A stretch of DNA of 64,000 nucleotides from Psammoneis japonica. Lineage: Eukaryota. This document shows, piece after piece, positions 50,131 to 62,469 of the stretch. The DNA is taken from NCBI GenBank assembly GCA_008632985.1, contig QPGO01000173.1, forward strand, positions 1-64,000. Direction: 5' to 3'. The notes under the pieces were generated by a model. It searched no databases, was not told where the DNA came from, and saw only the letters and a list, made by a program, of their open reading frames with translations. Each line of letters opens with the position of its first letter. The stretch's first letter is position 1. The position numbers were made by a program, and so were the translations under genes.

Positions 50131-50229
50131 TTGGGTCCGTTGGGCCCGGTGGGCCTCGCACGCAGTTGGGGACGTCTCCAGCCAGCCAGCCGCTGGCTGA
50201 AAAAATTCTGTCCGTCAGTGCGTTAGGGG

Positions 50230-53200
50230 CACAGCATTCCACGACCCAACGCACTGTTGGCGCAATTTGATGACGATGACGATGGCAAAAGACGGCTCCC
50301 GGGGGCTTCTATTTTGTGCACTACAATGTGTCCAACGCCTTCCACAAACACTGTCACACCCAATGCAAGTGATGATGAAGAAAGCTCGCTGCAATTCGAG
50401 GTGTCCGTTGCCAACGGCAGTGATGTGTGCAAGGCGGGGTTCGTGCTTCCATCGTCACCCGCTGGATCCATGGCTCCAATTCCAGTGGCAAAGATTCGTG
50501 GAGTCAAGGCTCTCATTGACTACACCATGCTGCCAAACAACATGAAAGACAATGACAATGGCATGTGGACGGATCCAAAGCTCCACACCGAGCTTTGCAA
50601 GAATCTCAGAGCACTCCCGCGCGGAACGAAAACTGCTGCCGATGGACGTCGCTTGCCAATGTCCCTCATCCTTGATGCAAGGACACTTCAAGAGAAGCTC
50701 ATTGTAATTAATTGGTGGTGCAGCTTGTCTCTGGATGATAAAAGGAAGGAGTTTGACAGATTGAAGTGCATGTGTCAACGTCCTGCTGTTTCCAACGAGC
50801 GCGTTCCGGAGCCCGAGAAGGTCGTGCTTTGTTCCGATGCTCAGGAAATGCTGGACGAGCATGTCAGGAACAGTGCAAGTGGGAAAAAGCTTTCAGGAAA
50901 GTGCCAATGCACTCGTGAAGACTTGCTGGTGAAGCCACACCATGCAATGTCACGTCCTGTCCGCAGAGCAGTGTGCGAGATGTTCCCGTCAACTGCAAGT
51001 TGTCTCTTGTTTTGGAGCGAAATGTTGGTGCACCACGCAAAAATGGAGTTGCTCCACTGGATGAAGCCATTCCACCTCATCCAAAGAGAATTGTTGTCAT
51101 TGGTCTCAACCGCAAGAACCTTCCTTTTGACGATGACTGCATCAAATGCATGACTGGCGATGACGACAGCACTGTGCTCTGTGGTTGCTTCATGACAATG
51201 AGAGTGAGACTCACTCAGAGAGAAAAGTGAAGCATGGAAAGAGTGAAATTGTCAAGAACTCAGCAGAGATGAGCCAAAACACTTGTCACACATCATGCAT
51301 CATCGACTTGGATTCAGAACTCTGAGTTATCCAACACTCTCAGCTCGTGCGAGCACACCAGATGCCACTGACACTGTGTCAAGATTCAGCCAAAGAACTT
51401 CAACTTGAGCCTGCTGTCATCTTCTGCTCTCTCTGTGACTCCATTGAGATTGAGCAAGGCTTCAAAACAACTGGAGTGGATTGCACCTGATGTGTGCAAT
51501 GCAATTGGGTGCTGCAGATTGTCTCAGCTGTGACTGCAACAAACCTTTTCTGTCAAGACAGAACTGATCCATGCGCGCTGGGCACTCCCTCTGTGCACAA
51601 AACTTGTCACCCAGCATTTCCTGTCTCCTCTCTTGTGATCCTGCTGACTGGAACAAAGTTGTTGAACATCTGGCTTGTTGCCAACATGCCAAAGATGTGG
51701 GATCTTCTTGGTGGTGACAAACAAATGTGGAGGAGAGCACAATTCATTGCACTCCTCGACCCCCCACGGTGTCACATCAAGGTTGTTCAGAATGGCAGCA
51801 AAGTCAGACAATGCCACTTCCCCAATTTCATGTGTGTCTTTTTTGCTTGGCAAGAACACTGCCAGGACTTTGTCAGCAGCACTTTCCTTCATCCATTTGT
51901 TCCAATTGGTGTGATTTCAATCAAGTGGAGGATCCTGATTGCAGGGCAGTTCACTGATCAGAGGCACCTGCAACAGCATTGCTGTCCATTCAGCAGCACT
52001 GCCCTGACCGTCCTTCATGTTGACATTGTCCCCAGAACAAACAGGAGGCTTGTGAGTTCCAAGATCAATGCGCTGAGCCATTGCCTCTGCGCTGCCCTTC
52101 TACAAAGATCATGTGAAAGCACACTGCAAGACTTGACAAGTCTCATCCTTGCCAAGAGCTCACAAAGCTGTGTTTGTTGGCTTGTTTGAACTTGAAATGA
52201 CAGAATGTTTGCAGCACAACCAACGCCCTTCTTTGGATCCACTGCACGGACTGTCAGATCTTGGCAGATGGCCACAGCAAAAACCTGGGGCTGTTGCCTG
52301 GCATCTTTCAGGTTGATGTTTTGATGTGGCACAACCCCAGTGCTCATCGCAAAAAACCCTTCCCGAGCATCGTGAATCAACATTTGCCACATGTCAAAGC
52401 AGATCATCAAGAGTCTGCACATTTGAATGCCCCTCTTCCTTGTTGCCTTCTGATGAAGCACATGACAATGGCATCACAGCCGAATGGAGCCAAACATTGG
52501 TGTCGACGTGGTTTTGTTCATCAGTTGCCGAGGGAAGGAACTCAGCATTGGCAGACAGAGTGCACTGGAGCTTCTGCAGTTCAAGTTGGTGATTCTCAGA
52601 AAATGGTGTCTTGTGCATCATGTTTGCCAACAATCCATTTCCCACCCAGTCTCTTTGATCTGATTCACCCATCTTTCTCAAATTTGCTGGCCACAGACGG
52701 AATGCATCGACAACCTCATGAGGCTCAACAATGCTTCGTGAAATCTCTTGCACCTCAAGCTCATCTCCATCAACATTCCTTGCTCTCTTCTGTCCTGTCC
52801 TTGTTTGACTTTTTGTTGTTGGTGCTCTCCAAATTTGATGGCTGGTGATGGCATGGTCACAAGCCGTGCACTGAAGCGAGCTCTTTCCTCCAGATGCTTC
52901 CAGTTCTGACAGAGAGCAAAGACACAAAAGATGGCCACAAGGATTGAGCTCAACTCTTGGCATCTTACACTTGCCAGCAATGTCTGCTGCACATTGTTGG
53001 CAATGCGCTGGAGCTTCCGTCATCATGGTGAAACATGTGCCACTCGTCACTCTTGGTCCAGGATCAAAATTGGACATGCTGCTGAGCTTGTCAGCTGCTG
53101 CACTTGCCTCAAGAGCACTCTGGAGGCCAAGTGTCACAAGCTGTCTCAAGCTCTCTGTGTCCTCCTGTCCAAGTGCGCCATTCTGGAAGTCACGAGTGTG

Positions 53201-53950
53201 ATCAATGCAGAGCCCCATCCTCTTGCGTCATCCATCCACGTGAGAGTGTGCATGGCGCGAGTTTGGGGCAGGAAATCAAGTCATTTTTTCCCTCACAGCA
53301 CATGAGCAGCACATCACAAGTGGGAACATGGTGCTTCCCAGTCAAGTTTCATTGGCTCTGGGAGCATGCAAGTGACAAGTGCTTGCTCTGCAAGTGTGCT
53401 GCCAGCCAGTGGTCCTTGGGCCACCTCGCCAAGCCTGTCACTCACGGCACCAGCGGAAGTCTCGAGTGCAGCCACTGTGTGAATCAAGGCTGGTGATTGG
53501 TTTTTGTTTGTCACTCATTTGTGGCCTGGTTCAATGTGAAAGAAACCCCCATTTGTCTCTAAACTTACAAAACCCGCCTTGTTTGAGTGAGAGGGAAAGT
53601 TGGGGTTGCTGTTTGTCCTTTTGTTTTGGGATTCCTGATCAATCTCATTGAGTCACAAGCTGCACATTTTAAACATGGCCAGTGCTCATGGTTCCTGCAT
53701 TCTGCACAGCTCAACAGCTGTTGTCAGTGCCTGTCTTATTGGTGCAATGTCAGTTGAACGTAAAATGCTGTTGGTGAGTCTTCTTGGTTGTTGCATTCTG
53801 TCTGTTAAAAGAGTTCACATCAGGGAGCACTGTGGCGTTTGAAAAGTTGGTCTTGAAAATCAAAATTTCACACAAGTCTAAGCGATTCCTCAAGCATGCT
53901 TGTAAGCAATGTCGAACAGCAGCAACGTCGCCTGTTGTTCCCCATCAAGA
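50230..53950. mobile_element. Decayed repeat/transposon island 3 (TpA-depleted), with a RING-finger relic on the minus strand near 52850-53010
   Basis: TA-poor, TG/CA-rich, Tyr-poor ORFs; LNPCGHLLCLCSL...LQCTAC motif. Confidence 0.6.
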
Positions 53951-54176
53951 CAATTTACACAACATTTACCGATCTGTCGCGCACTACACACCAGTTTTGA
54001 GTTTTGAGTCATTTTACAGAGGCGCCTAGTAGTAGCAGTGATGATAGAACTATTAGAAGGATACGATCGCAGTTGTGACTAGATTTAGGAATCTAATAAG
54101 GACTAATCTAACAAAATGTAATTGAGAAGACAAATGCAGCGGTCCGTGACGGCCGATAGGGCTCCAAACGACGATT

Positions 54177-56931
54177 TCACAGTTTGGTCGAAGGCATGAC
54201 AACAGAGGTGCAACTGCGACGGTTGTTGGCCTTGTCCCTAGCGACAACCTTCAATTCCACTTTTCCTGCGCATTTGATCTTGAGATCACCGTTGGGCTTC
54301 TTCCTGAACAGGCACTTATCATTATTGCTCTCTTCAAGGAAGACCTTACTACCAGCTTGGACCTTTCGGACCTTCCCTCCAGCTTTGATAATGGCATTGG
54401 TAGACTGAACACCACAGTTGTCGGTTGCTCCGAATCTGACGGAATATTTACCACGGCGAGGGTTAATGGATTTCAAAGTGCACCATACACGAGGACGCGT
54501 GAGATCTTGAACAGCGATTGTCGCCTTGCACGAGCTTGACTGGCCACTCTGATTCTCGGCCGTAAGTGTCACAAGATTGTTCCCAACATTTTCACATGTA
54601 AATGAGCGAGGGGTTGCCGAGAGCGACACGTTGCCGCAGTCGTGAAGCGTTCCGTCGAAGATTTCAGATACAGAAACGGCTGCCGATCCACCACCACCAA
54701 TGGCAAGGGCCGTGCTTTTGCACTTAGGTTGAAGATCGCATTTTGGCTCGACCTTTGGACACACATCATCGATTGTCTCCTCGGAGCTGTATTCGATACA
54801 ACCCCCGCCATTTCTTGCGTTGCATTCGGTGCACGCTCGAGCATCACTTTTACATCCAATGCATCGAGCAGTGATACTCGCGTTGTAACAGCTATTTTGA
54901 CCTGAACAGGATAGAAATACGAATCGGGTTAAATGATCGCCAAAATCGAGAAATGCATCTAAAAGGTTCATACGGTATGCGAAGCGTACCCGTGCAATCC
55001 ACAATGTCTGCGTTGATTTCGGCATCTTTGCAGCTCCAGAGGTCTAATAGAGAGAATAATTGTGTAAGAACAAAAAAAAAAATGTGATAGGAAAAGAGAG
55101 AATCATCAAAAGCAGTTGGTCGCACCTGAGCACTCGATTTTGCTTTTTGTCGCATTTATCTTGGCGCCACGACAGTTACCTTCAACGTGCACAACACATG
55201 TAACAGTAAGAGACATGCAATTGGCGACAAGCGAACATATCAAGTTCAAGCGTACCGGAACAGTCGACTTCGTCAGCTGTAATCTTTGCTTCGGAACACG
55301 TCCCAGAGCAATTGACTTCATGGGCATCGATTTCGGCGCGGTAGCAATTTCCTTAGACATAAAGCAACAAAACAAAATCGTAAGTCAAATCAGCGATGCG
55401 TATGCACTGGTACTCAAACTTAATAACCTTACCCGCACAATCCACTTTTGCTGCCTTGAGCGTAGCATTGTAGCAAGTACTGAAAGGACCAGTACAATTT
55501 ACATTCTTTGTTGTCGTGATACTGGAATGCTCGCACGCATATTCACCGTCGCAATCAACACCATCGGATGCTGTGATTGTGGCATTGGAACAACTCGTGA
55601 CCCCGCTACAGTTGACGTGGGCTGATATAAAGAGTGCGGCATCTCTGCAACTGTCACTACCTGGAAGCCCCGGTTGCGCATGGTTGAGAGAGGATGAGAA
55701 AACAAGACGATCTTTTCGAGCATAAGAGAAGAGTTCGGGAAGAGTGACGTACTTTGGCAATCGATATCAGCCATTGCCATTATGGAGGCACCTTTACAGC
55801 TTGCAGAAGCTGAGAAGGTGAAGCGCGAAGCGTACCGTAGGATGAGTGTATTAAGGGCCGCGTCGAGAAAACATGGAGATACAACAAAAGACTATTCCGA
55901 ACGTACCAGAGCAATCGACCTGGGTTGCATTGATTTCCGAATCCACGCAAGAATGGGAATAACCTAACCCAACAAAGCAATGATCAGAATACCGCCCTCT
56001 CTAGTGACGACAAACCAAATGACTCGCAATCATGATTTGCACTTACCGGCGTTACTACAATTTACCATTGTCGCCTTGGAGATTTTGGCACCGTCGCAGA
56101 CTCCTGGAGCAAGAACAATTTGACACATGAGAATTGTGAGTGACCCGCGACTCACAGAGTAAGAGGCGACGGGTAAAAAGTACGTACCATGTCCAAAGCA
56201 ACTGACGTTGTCCGCCTTGATAATGGCTCGATGACAACAGCCTGGAAAATGAAAAGGAAGAAACATGAGTAACAGTAATTGTATCCAAATTTTCAGGTTC
56301 TCACGTATGCAATTTACCTTTACAGTTTTGGGAGCAATGTACCTCATCAGCTGAAATTTTCGCATCTGCGCAGCTTCCGATTTGACCAACACAATCGACT
56401 TTGCTTGCCGTGATTGTGGAGTTAACGCAGCCAAAATAGCCTAGTCAACAAGGAAAGGAAGCAAAAATTGAGTGTGCCAGACACGGCAGATTATTCAAAG
56501 AAGAAGCATCAGAAACGCAAAGCGCAGCCGTACCGCATGTGACAGCCCCCCCGGCGGAGATGGTAGCATCACGACAATTCCCCTTATTGATGTCTCTGAA
56601 AGAAAATGGACCAGGGAAGCAAGAGACGTCATTCTTTGCCAAGATTGATGACCCGGAACAGCTTGAAGATACTAACACAAGAAAGAGAAGAATCACAATT
56701 GAAGCGAGAGAGTAAGAACGCCGCCGCCATATGTATGTGTGAAGTCCGCTGACTGCGACAATCGAATTATCATACCATAACATCCAACATTTTCACAGCC
56801 ACTTGTGGAGCAGCTACCGCACTTTGACCTGGGATAGTCATCCTTCGCAATGAGCACTGCAGGAGCGAAGGTTGGGCGCTTGTTGAGCCGCTCAGAACGA
56901 GGGCAATCATCGAAGCAAACTTGCGAATCAT
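54177..56931 (-). CDS. Secreted Cys-rich repeat protein (G..SC..A.I.A..V.C) with C-terminal HYR-like domain; about 12 exons, many micro-exons
   Basis: Signal-like start at 56931 (first exon frame uncertain); GT-AG-bounded repeat exons; last exon has SFTCENVGNNLVTLTA...SSSCKATIAVQD.T.P HYR-like motif. Confidence 0.75.
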
Positions 56932-56974
56932 CTTTTATAAATAGTAGAGACTCTTGAAACTGCTCGGGAATGAA

Positions 56975-57008
56975 AGAGACAGAGAGAGACAGAGAGAGAG
57001 AGAGAGAC
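56975..57008 (+). repeat. GA-rich microsatellite (GAGACA/GA)
   Basis: Directly visible. Confidence 0.8.
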
Positions 57009-57596
57009 AAACCTCTTTAGATTTATCAGGGGATAGTCAAAGCGACATAACGGGGAAGAGAAGCAATAAACTGCTGTCCTAGCAAAAAAGACACGAACCT
57101 GTATGAGGTTTCTTTTGTATCCACTCAGTGTTGCACCACGATTGTGGATGTATCCGATTGGCACTCTCAGGAAGATTGCTGACAAAAAATAATGAGCTTG
57201 ATTCATTCATCGTTTCATCCGCGATCCGCGACTTTCATCCGCGACTCGCGGCTTGCGGAAGAACAAAATTACAAGATCTTCTACCTTTCTCCTCCACCCG
57301 CCACCTCTTTGTCCATGTTACAATCTTGTTTTCTCGATTTCTTTGGCAATCTTTCCAAAGTTCCATAAGTGATCTTCTAGCGCAAGCTCAGTTGCAACAA
57401 CTGTTGAAGAAATGTTAGATTTCAGGTTCAAGGTTTCGCTCGCAAAGTCACTCATCATTGGCTAAATCTCTCACCCTACTACTACTCCCATCCTAGATAA
57501 ATCAAATCTCTAAACAACCCCATTCTGTAAAACACATTGCAGTTCGTGGAGTTCTTGTTGCGGCGAACCATCATCATGGTGCCGTTTTCAGTTTGG

Positions 57597-57692
57597 ATCC
57601 ACTCTCCATCGTGAGTCTATGCGGAGACCTTCGTGTGCGTGCGAGCGCGCGCGAAGAACGGTCGACGCATAGACTCACGATGGAGAGTGGAT
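57597..57692. repeat. Perfect 27-bp inverted repeat forming a ~96-nt hairpin
   Basis: atccactctccatcgtgagtctatgcg (57597-57623) / cgcatagactcacgatggagagtggat (57666-57692). Confidence 0.95.
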
Positions 57693-58234
57693 TGGATCGG
57701 ACGTAGGACGGACTAACCGAGTTTTCGAATTCCGATTCCGGCTTTCAGCGATTGAACAAATCCTGTTAAATATCCGGGTCGCGATATTTAACGGTCATTC
57801 TCATCTCGCGTCATTGTGACATGTGCACAAGAGTTGTCGCCCTAAGTATCAATGTAACATTTTCAGAAAGCCATCATAAACGTTAAGTACACTTTCCACG
57901 ACTGTAAACGTCACAAGATTAACGAGAGCCAATGATTTTGCAGCATTTCGTTTTGGGTGCAAATTTCGAAAGAACTCGCCTATCTAATTCAAGTGCGTGG
58001 CAAATCGCTTTAGTACGTTTCTACGTGAATTCTCCGTAGAGAATTCCGATGGTTTTCTGCCTGCCGTGGCAACAAAACAGCGCACTCCTCACAACAACAT
58101 CAGCTGCTGCACCAGATCAGAACTGTTTCGGCGAAACTATTGCTCTGACATTTGTTCTTTTTGATCCACATCATCATTCTCTTTTCGAAGTTGCAATTGC
58201 GGAGACCATCGAAAGTCTACCAAGTATTTTAACC

Positions 58235-58720
58235 ATGCGCCCGGTCATCAAGGCTACCGTTCTAATTTCCGCATCGGCGTTTCTCTCTGTCGAGGCCTTT
58301 TCCCCGGCGCCCCAGCATCAAAAGATCTCTTCTTCTTCTACAAGACTCGGTTTGCTCCCCGAACAAGGATCTCAATTGGTGGCTGCCTTCAACGCAGCAG
58401 CACACGGCAACGCTGAGACTGACGAAGATATTGACTTTGATTTCTACCACGAGATGGAGCAACATGCTCCATGCATGGTAGACGCACCCGAAGAGAAACA
58501 TCACGTGACGGGAGCCATGAGAGCCTTTGTATCACGTTTGTTTCACCTTTCCCCCGAAGATGACATTGTCATGTATCCAGTGGTTGGCTTTCAATGGATC
58601 AAGAGTGACAACAACGAATACCGGGTCCTGCCCACCACGAGTGCTGCTTCCTGCAGGCTTCCGCAAACCAATGATGAAGAAGTCGTTGGATGGTTCAGTC
58701 CGTCATGTTATTTGGATTAG
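58235..58720 (+). CDS. Hypothetical protein with bipartite (signal + AF) plastid-type presequence
   Basis: MRPVIKATVLISASAFLSVEAFSPAP..SSSTRL; C-terminal YPVVGFQW...LPT....SC...EEVVGWFSP.C. Confidence 0.7.
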   Translation: MRPVIKATVLISASAFLSVEAFSPAPQHQKISSSSTRLGLLPEQGSQLVAAFNAAAHGNAETDEDIDFDFYHEMEQHAPCMVDAPEEKHHVTGAMRAFVSRLFHLSPEDDIVMYPVVGFQWIKSDNNEYRVLPTTSAASCRLPQTNDEEVVGWFSPSCYLD

Positions 58721-58882
58721 GGAAAACCACAAGATCGAGAAAAACAGAAAAAAAAGTCACTACACAAGCTCACCCAAACCATTGAACATAATCACTCACA
58801 TACTGCACAGTTCATGAACTTTATAACCTAGCATGTTTACTATTGATCATGACTACAGTAGTACTCTTTGCTATCGATACTG

Positions 58883-59281
58883 GTAGTATTGGTAGTCGCA
58901 TACTAAAGCAAGAACGTCACATGCCATTGATGCATACTTGAGGCTTGAAGGACGTGAAAAGCGCGTTGGTGGCAGATTCCGGCGACGGCTAGCTACTCTA
59001 CCAGTTTCAGTGTCTTACTCTACCTGTCGGAGTCGGTTGACTTGAAGGGAGAACTAGGCTACAGTGCCAATTACTCTCCGTTTTCTATATATAGTATTGT
59101 TATTGGCATACTAAAAGCAAAAAAGGGACATGCATTGATGTGCACATTAGGCTTGCAGGACTTGAAAAGCTTGTTGCAGGCAGGTCCTGGCGAGACGGCG
59201 AACTGCTGTAACAGTTTCAGTGTCTTACTCTACCTGTCGGAGTCGGTTGAGTTGAAGGGAGAACTAGGCTACTGTGCCAAC
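58883..59281 (+). repeat. Tandem duplication, ~210-bp unit x2
   Basis: cagtttcagtgtcttactctacctgtcggagtcggttga.ttgaagggagaactaggctac.gtgccaa at ~59002 and ~59212. Confidence 0.9.
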
Positions 59282-59748
59282 TAATGTTCAAAGATTGCTT
59301 CTCTCCAATGAAGTCCTTTTCTGTAAGCTTATCATTTGATTGGGAAGTAAGTATAAGTCGAATTGAAACCAGCCTCATTCAATACTCGTAGGAGTTTGCT
59401 GACAACAGTCTGAAGGTTTTAAGAAGATAAGATGCGACAACTACGACTATCCACATTGTTTTCATTAGCGATGCCCGTGGCGGATAAAAACGCAACTAGT
59501 AGTACTGCGGTATTTTAAACGCTCAGCTTGGAGCCAACAGCGTTTTCGGTTCATCAAATAGTACTACCAGAAACGAGATTGATGGCGGAACAATTCCACA
59601 GTCTTCGCAAGCTTCAAGGTATCGTCATCCTGCTTCCTGACATGTAGTCGAGATAGGTGTCAGAAAGAAAGATTTTTCGTGCTGTCCGGGTGACAGTGGT
59701 AAGTGCAGACTCAAAATCCTTGCGAGCAAGATGGTCTCCTTGAAATTG

Positions 59749-60370
59749 TCATGAGTTTCGCTTGCTCCGTGTGACAGCGGCACGACGCAACCAGAGAACG
59801 GACTGAACCTCATTGACGGTATGGCCGCGCTTTCCCTGAAGCAAGTAGTCAAAGCCATACACCAACTGGGCACGCGCATGGTTATTATGAGCTGCCTCCT
59901 TGATCCTTGATCCACCGGACGCCCTCCGCCTCATTGCCTTGTTGGAAAGAACACATTGAAGCTAAAAACTGGGCGTTCTTGTGACCGGCAGAAGCCGCAT
60001 CGAGGAGAAGCTTCATGCCTTTCTCGTTCTTGACGAAATCACCGAAATCAGCTTCAGCCTCAAACATTTCAAAAGCTTGATCTGCCAGTGTGTTTGCCTC
60101 CTCGCTGCAAGGCAAGGTGCAAACTTCGTCCTCGTCTTGAGTGACATGCCCCCATTCATCAGGAATATCACAAAGTAGACGACACAAGCTCTTGTGAGTT
60201 TTCCAGTCCGCTTTTTGGCACTCTCGAGAGCAGTGGCGTACAATATGGCACTTGCTACACTTCGCGACGCAGGCGGGTGCGAAGCAGGCATTGCAGACGC
60301 CCAGAGTGCCTCTGCAGATGCTGCTGACGCCGTTCTCACCAATCGAGATGGAACCAAGTATCATCGACAT
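59749..60370 (-). CDS. MYND zinc finger + Sel1-like repeat protein, disrupted by a 7-bp duplication at 59898-59911
   Basis: CNAC......KCSKC....HCSRECQKADWKTHKSLC; AASAGHKNAQF, AAHNNHARAQL Sel1-like helices split across frames. Confidence 0.75.
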
Positions 60371-60886
60371 GATGGTGCGTCTCAGGTCAGTAGTTGGTGC
60401 TGGGCACAGTATTAATAGTTCATCAACAACAACGTGTCATACACAGCATGACATGTTGCGTTGTGAGATGTGAGAAGATCGATGGCACATCAAAAATGGC
60501 GCACGCACCGGGCAGGACCGCGCGTGTCGCTCATAGCTTTTTGAAAATAAACAAAAACATACAGGCATAAAGGAAATTTCATGCACTCTTCAATTTCTAA
60601 ACATATTCGTGACTAAATTTTATATTCAAATTGCAACGCGATTCAACACATTTTGATGCATTTTGTCGAATACCGACCAAATCAATGAGCGCGGTTCGCT
60701 TCACATTTTCTCCATACTTCGATCCCCCCTCCCACGTTGGGAGTGTTCGATCCCAATCTCAATCACTCTACTGTAGCAATCATTTTAAAATACGAGAAGC
60801 TACCGTGAATGAGTTTTTGCTGACGAGAGAGCATTTGCAGCAACAGTTCATCACTCCGTTGGGTCCGATATCTCACAATCAGACCC

Positions 60887-62469
60887 ATGCGTAATTCCAT
60901 TAAAAGAGCAGCAGCTTTGGTTGCAGCACTGATCCTGGCTGCTTGCGTTAGCGGCCATGACGGGCACAACAGCTTTGCCCGCACTCATCATTGCGGAACG
61001 CACGACCTTACCTCTGAACAGCTTCAACAAGATGCAGCGCGAATGAATCAAAGAAGATATAGACGACGTCGAACCGAGAAATGTGTGCAATGCATCAAAA
61101 TCGATACTTACTTCCATATTATCAGCGGCTCCAACGGGGTTGGTAATGTGACCAACAGAGCAATACAAAAGCAGATTGACGTTCTAAATACCGCTTTTGG
61201 GAGAACCGCCTTTTACTTCGAACTGGACAGCATTACTCGAACAGCAAATGATCAATGGTTTTCATTATCTGATCCCCGCGAGGAAACAAGTGCAGCATTC
61301 GAAAGAGAAATGAAGGATTCTCTGAGACAGGGTGGTGCAACAGCATTGAACATTTACTCGGTCGATATGAAATATCTCGGATTTGCGTCGTCACCCATTG
61401 AGTACTCGGTCTCAGACTCCAAGAATGATGGAGTCGTTGTTCTCCATTCGACATTACCCGGAGGCGTCGCCCACCCATTCAATTTTGGTTTCACTTTAGT
61501 TCACGAGGTTGGTAAGTAGAATACGAGGTGCGAACGATAGAGCATTGATATCCATTTATTGACGAGCTGGGACTTAACCTTATTGTTGTAGGTCACTGGC
61601 TGGGGCTATTACACGTATTCGCACCCGATTGTGATGGACCGGGGGACATGGTCCATGACACTGCACCTCAACGGTCTCCAACATATGGATGTTCCGAGAG
61701 AAAGGACTCGTGTCACGAGCATCCTGGGAAAGACAATGTGAAAAACTTTATGGATTACAGTGACGATGCTTGCATGTCAGAGTTTACATCTGGTCAAGCG
61801 GAAAGAATGCTTGACCAGTGGTACATTTATCGCCAGAAAGATGAAGAATGCGGACCAGGTGAAGTGATTATTGAAGTTGATGTCAATCTGGACGAGAAAC
61901 CAGAAGAGATATCTTGGAGTCTCGTCAATGAAGGAGGATCTTTGATGGCCGCAAGAAGCTATGATGCCAACCGTGACAGCAACGACCGCCTTGTATCCGA
62001 TTTTTGTATCCCTGTAGGAGTGTACGTCTTTACTATCCTCGATCAAGGAGGAGATGGAATTTGTTGCGACAAGGGAGAAGGCAGATATAAGATTTCTGTT
62101 GACGGTGAACCAATCAAAAAGGGAGGAAACTTTGGGCACCAAGAATCCACGGAAATCATGGTTCAGCATGCTAACCAAAAGGATCAACTATCAAATGAGA
62201 CTGACGCCATTGCTAACGCCCCAGATCCATCTCCTGACATAACTTCAGAATTATCTTCGTCGATTGCGACCCATGAAGGCGTAGGTCTTACATCAATGGT
62301 GGAAGAGACGGAGAATGCATCGAGTCTCCCGGCATGGTTAACATGGCTCTGCGTTATTCTTATGACATTCGCAGCGGGGTGTTTGGTGTATCTCTCTGTT
62401 CCCTTGCTCATCAGTTGCTCTTCACCCGTCGAAATCGAAACTGAGGAAATTGACAAAGAGATTCCGTGA
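60887..62469 (+). CDS. M43 (pappalysin/ulilysin-like) zinc metalloprotease with C-terminal beta domain and TM anchor; intron 61512-61591
   Basis: Signal peptide, CGT Cys-switch, QIDVLN.AF, DGVVV, spliced TLVHEVGHWLGLLH, DTAP, NFMDYSDD.CM..FT.GQ..RM, GDGICC..GEG.Y, TM near C-terminus. Confidence 0.92.

Noticed and set aside
49315..50226. Plus-strand Arg/Glu/Gly-rich ORFs
   Set aside because: Antisense shadows of the pyrimidine-rich retrotransposon coding strand.
54015..54035. CTAG at the right edge of island 3 as a Helitron 3' end
   Set aside because: No convincing subterminal hairpin and no Rep/helicase motifs.
60228..60240. MYND RHCS instead of the usual YCS as a sign of TA>CA mutation
   Set aside because: Single site, and the surrounding DNA retains normal TA.
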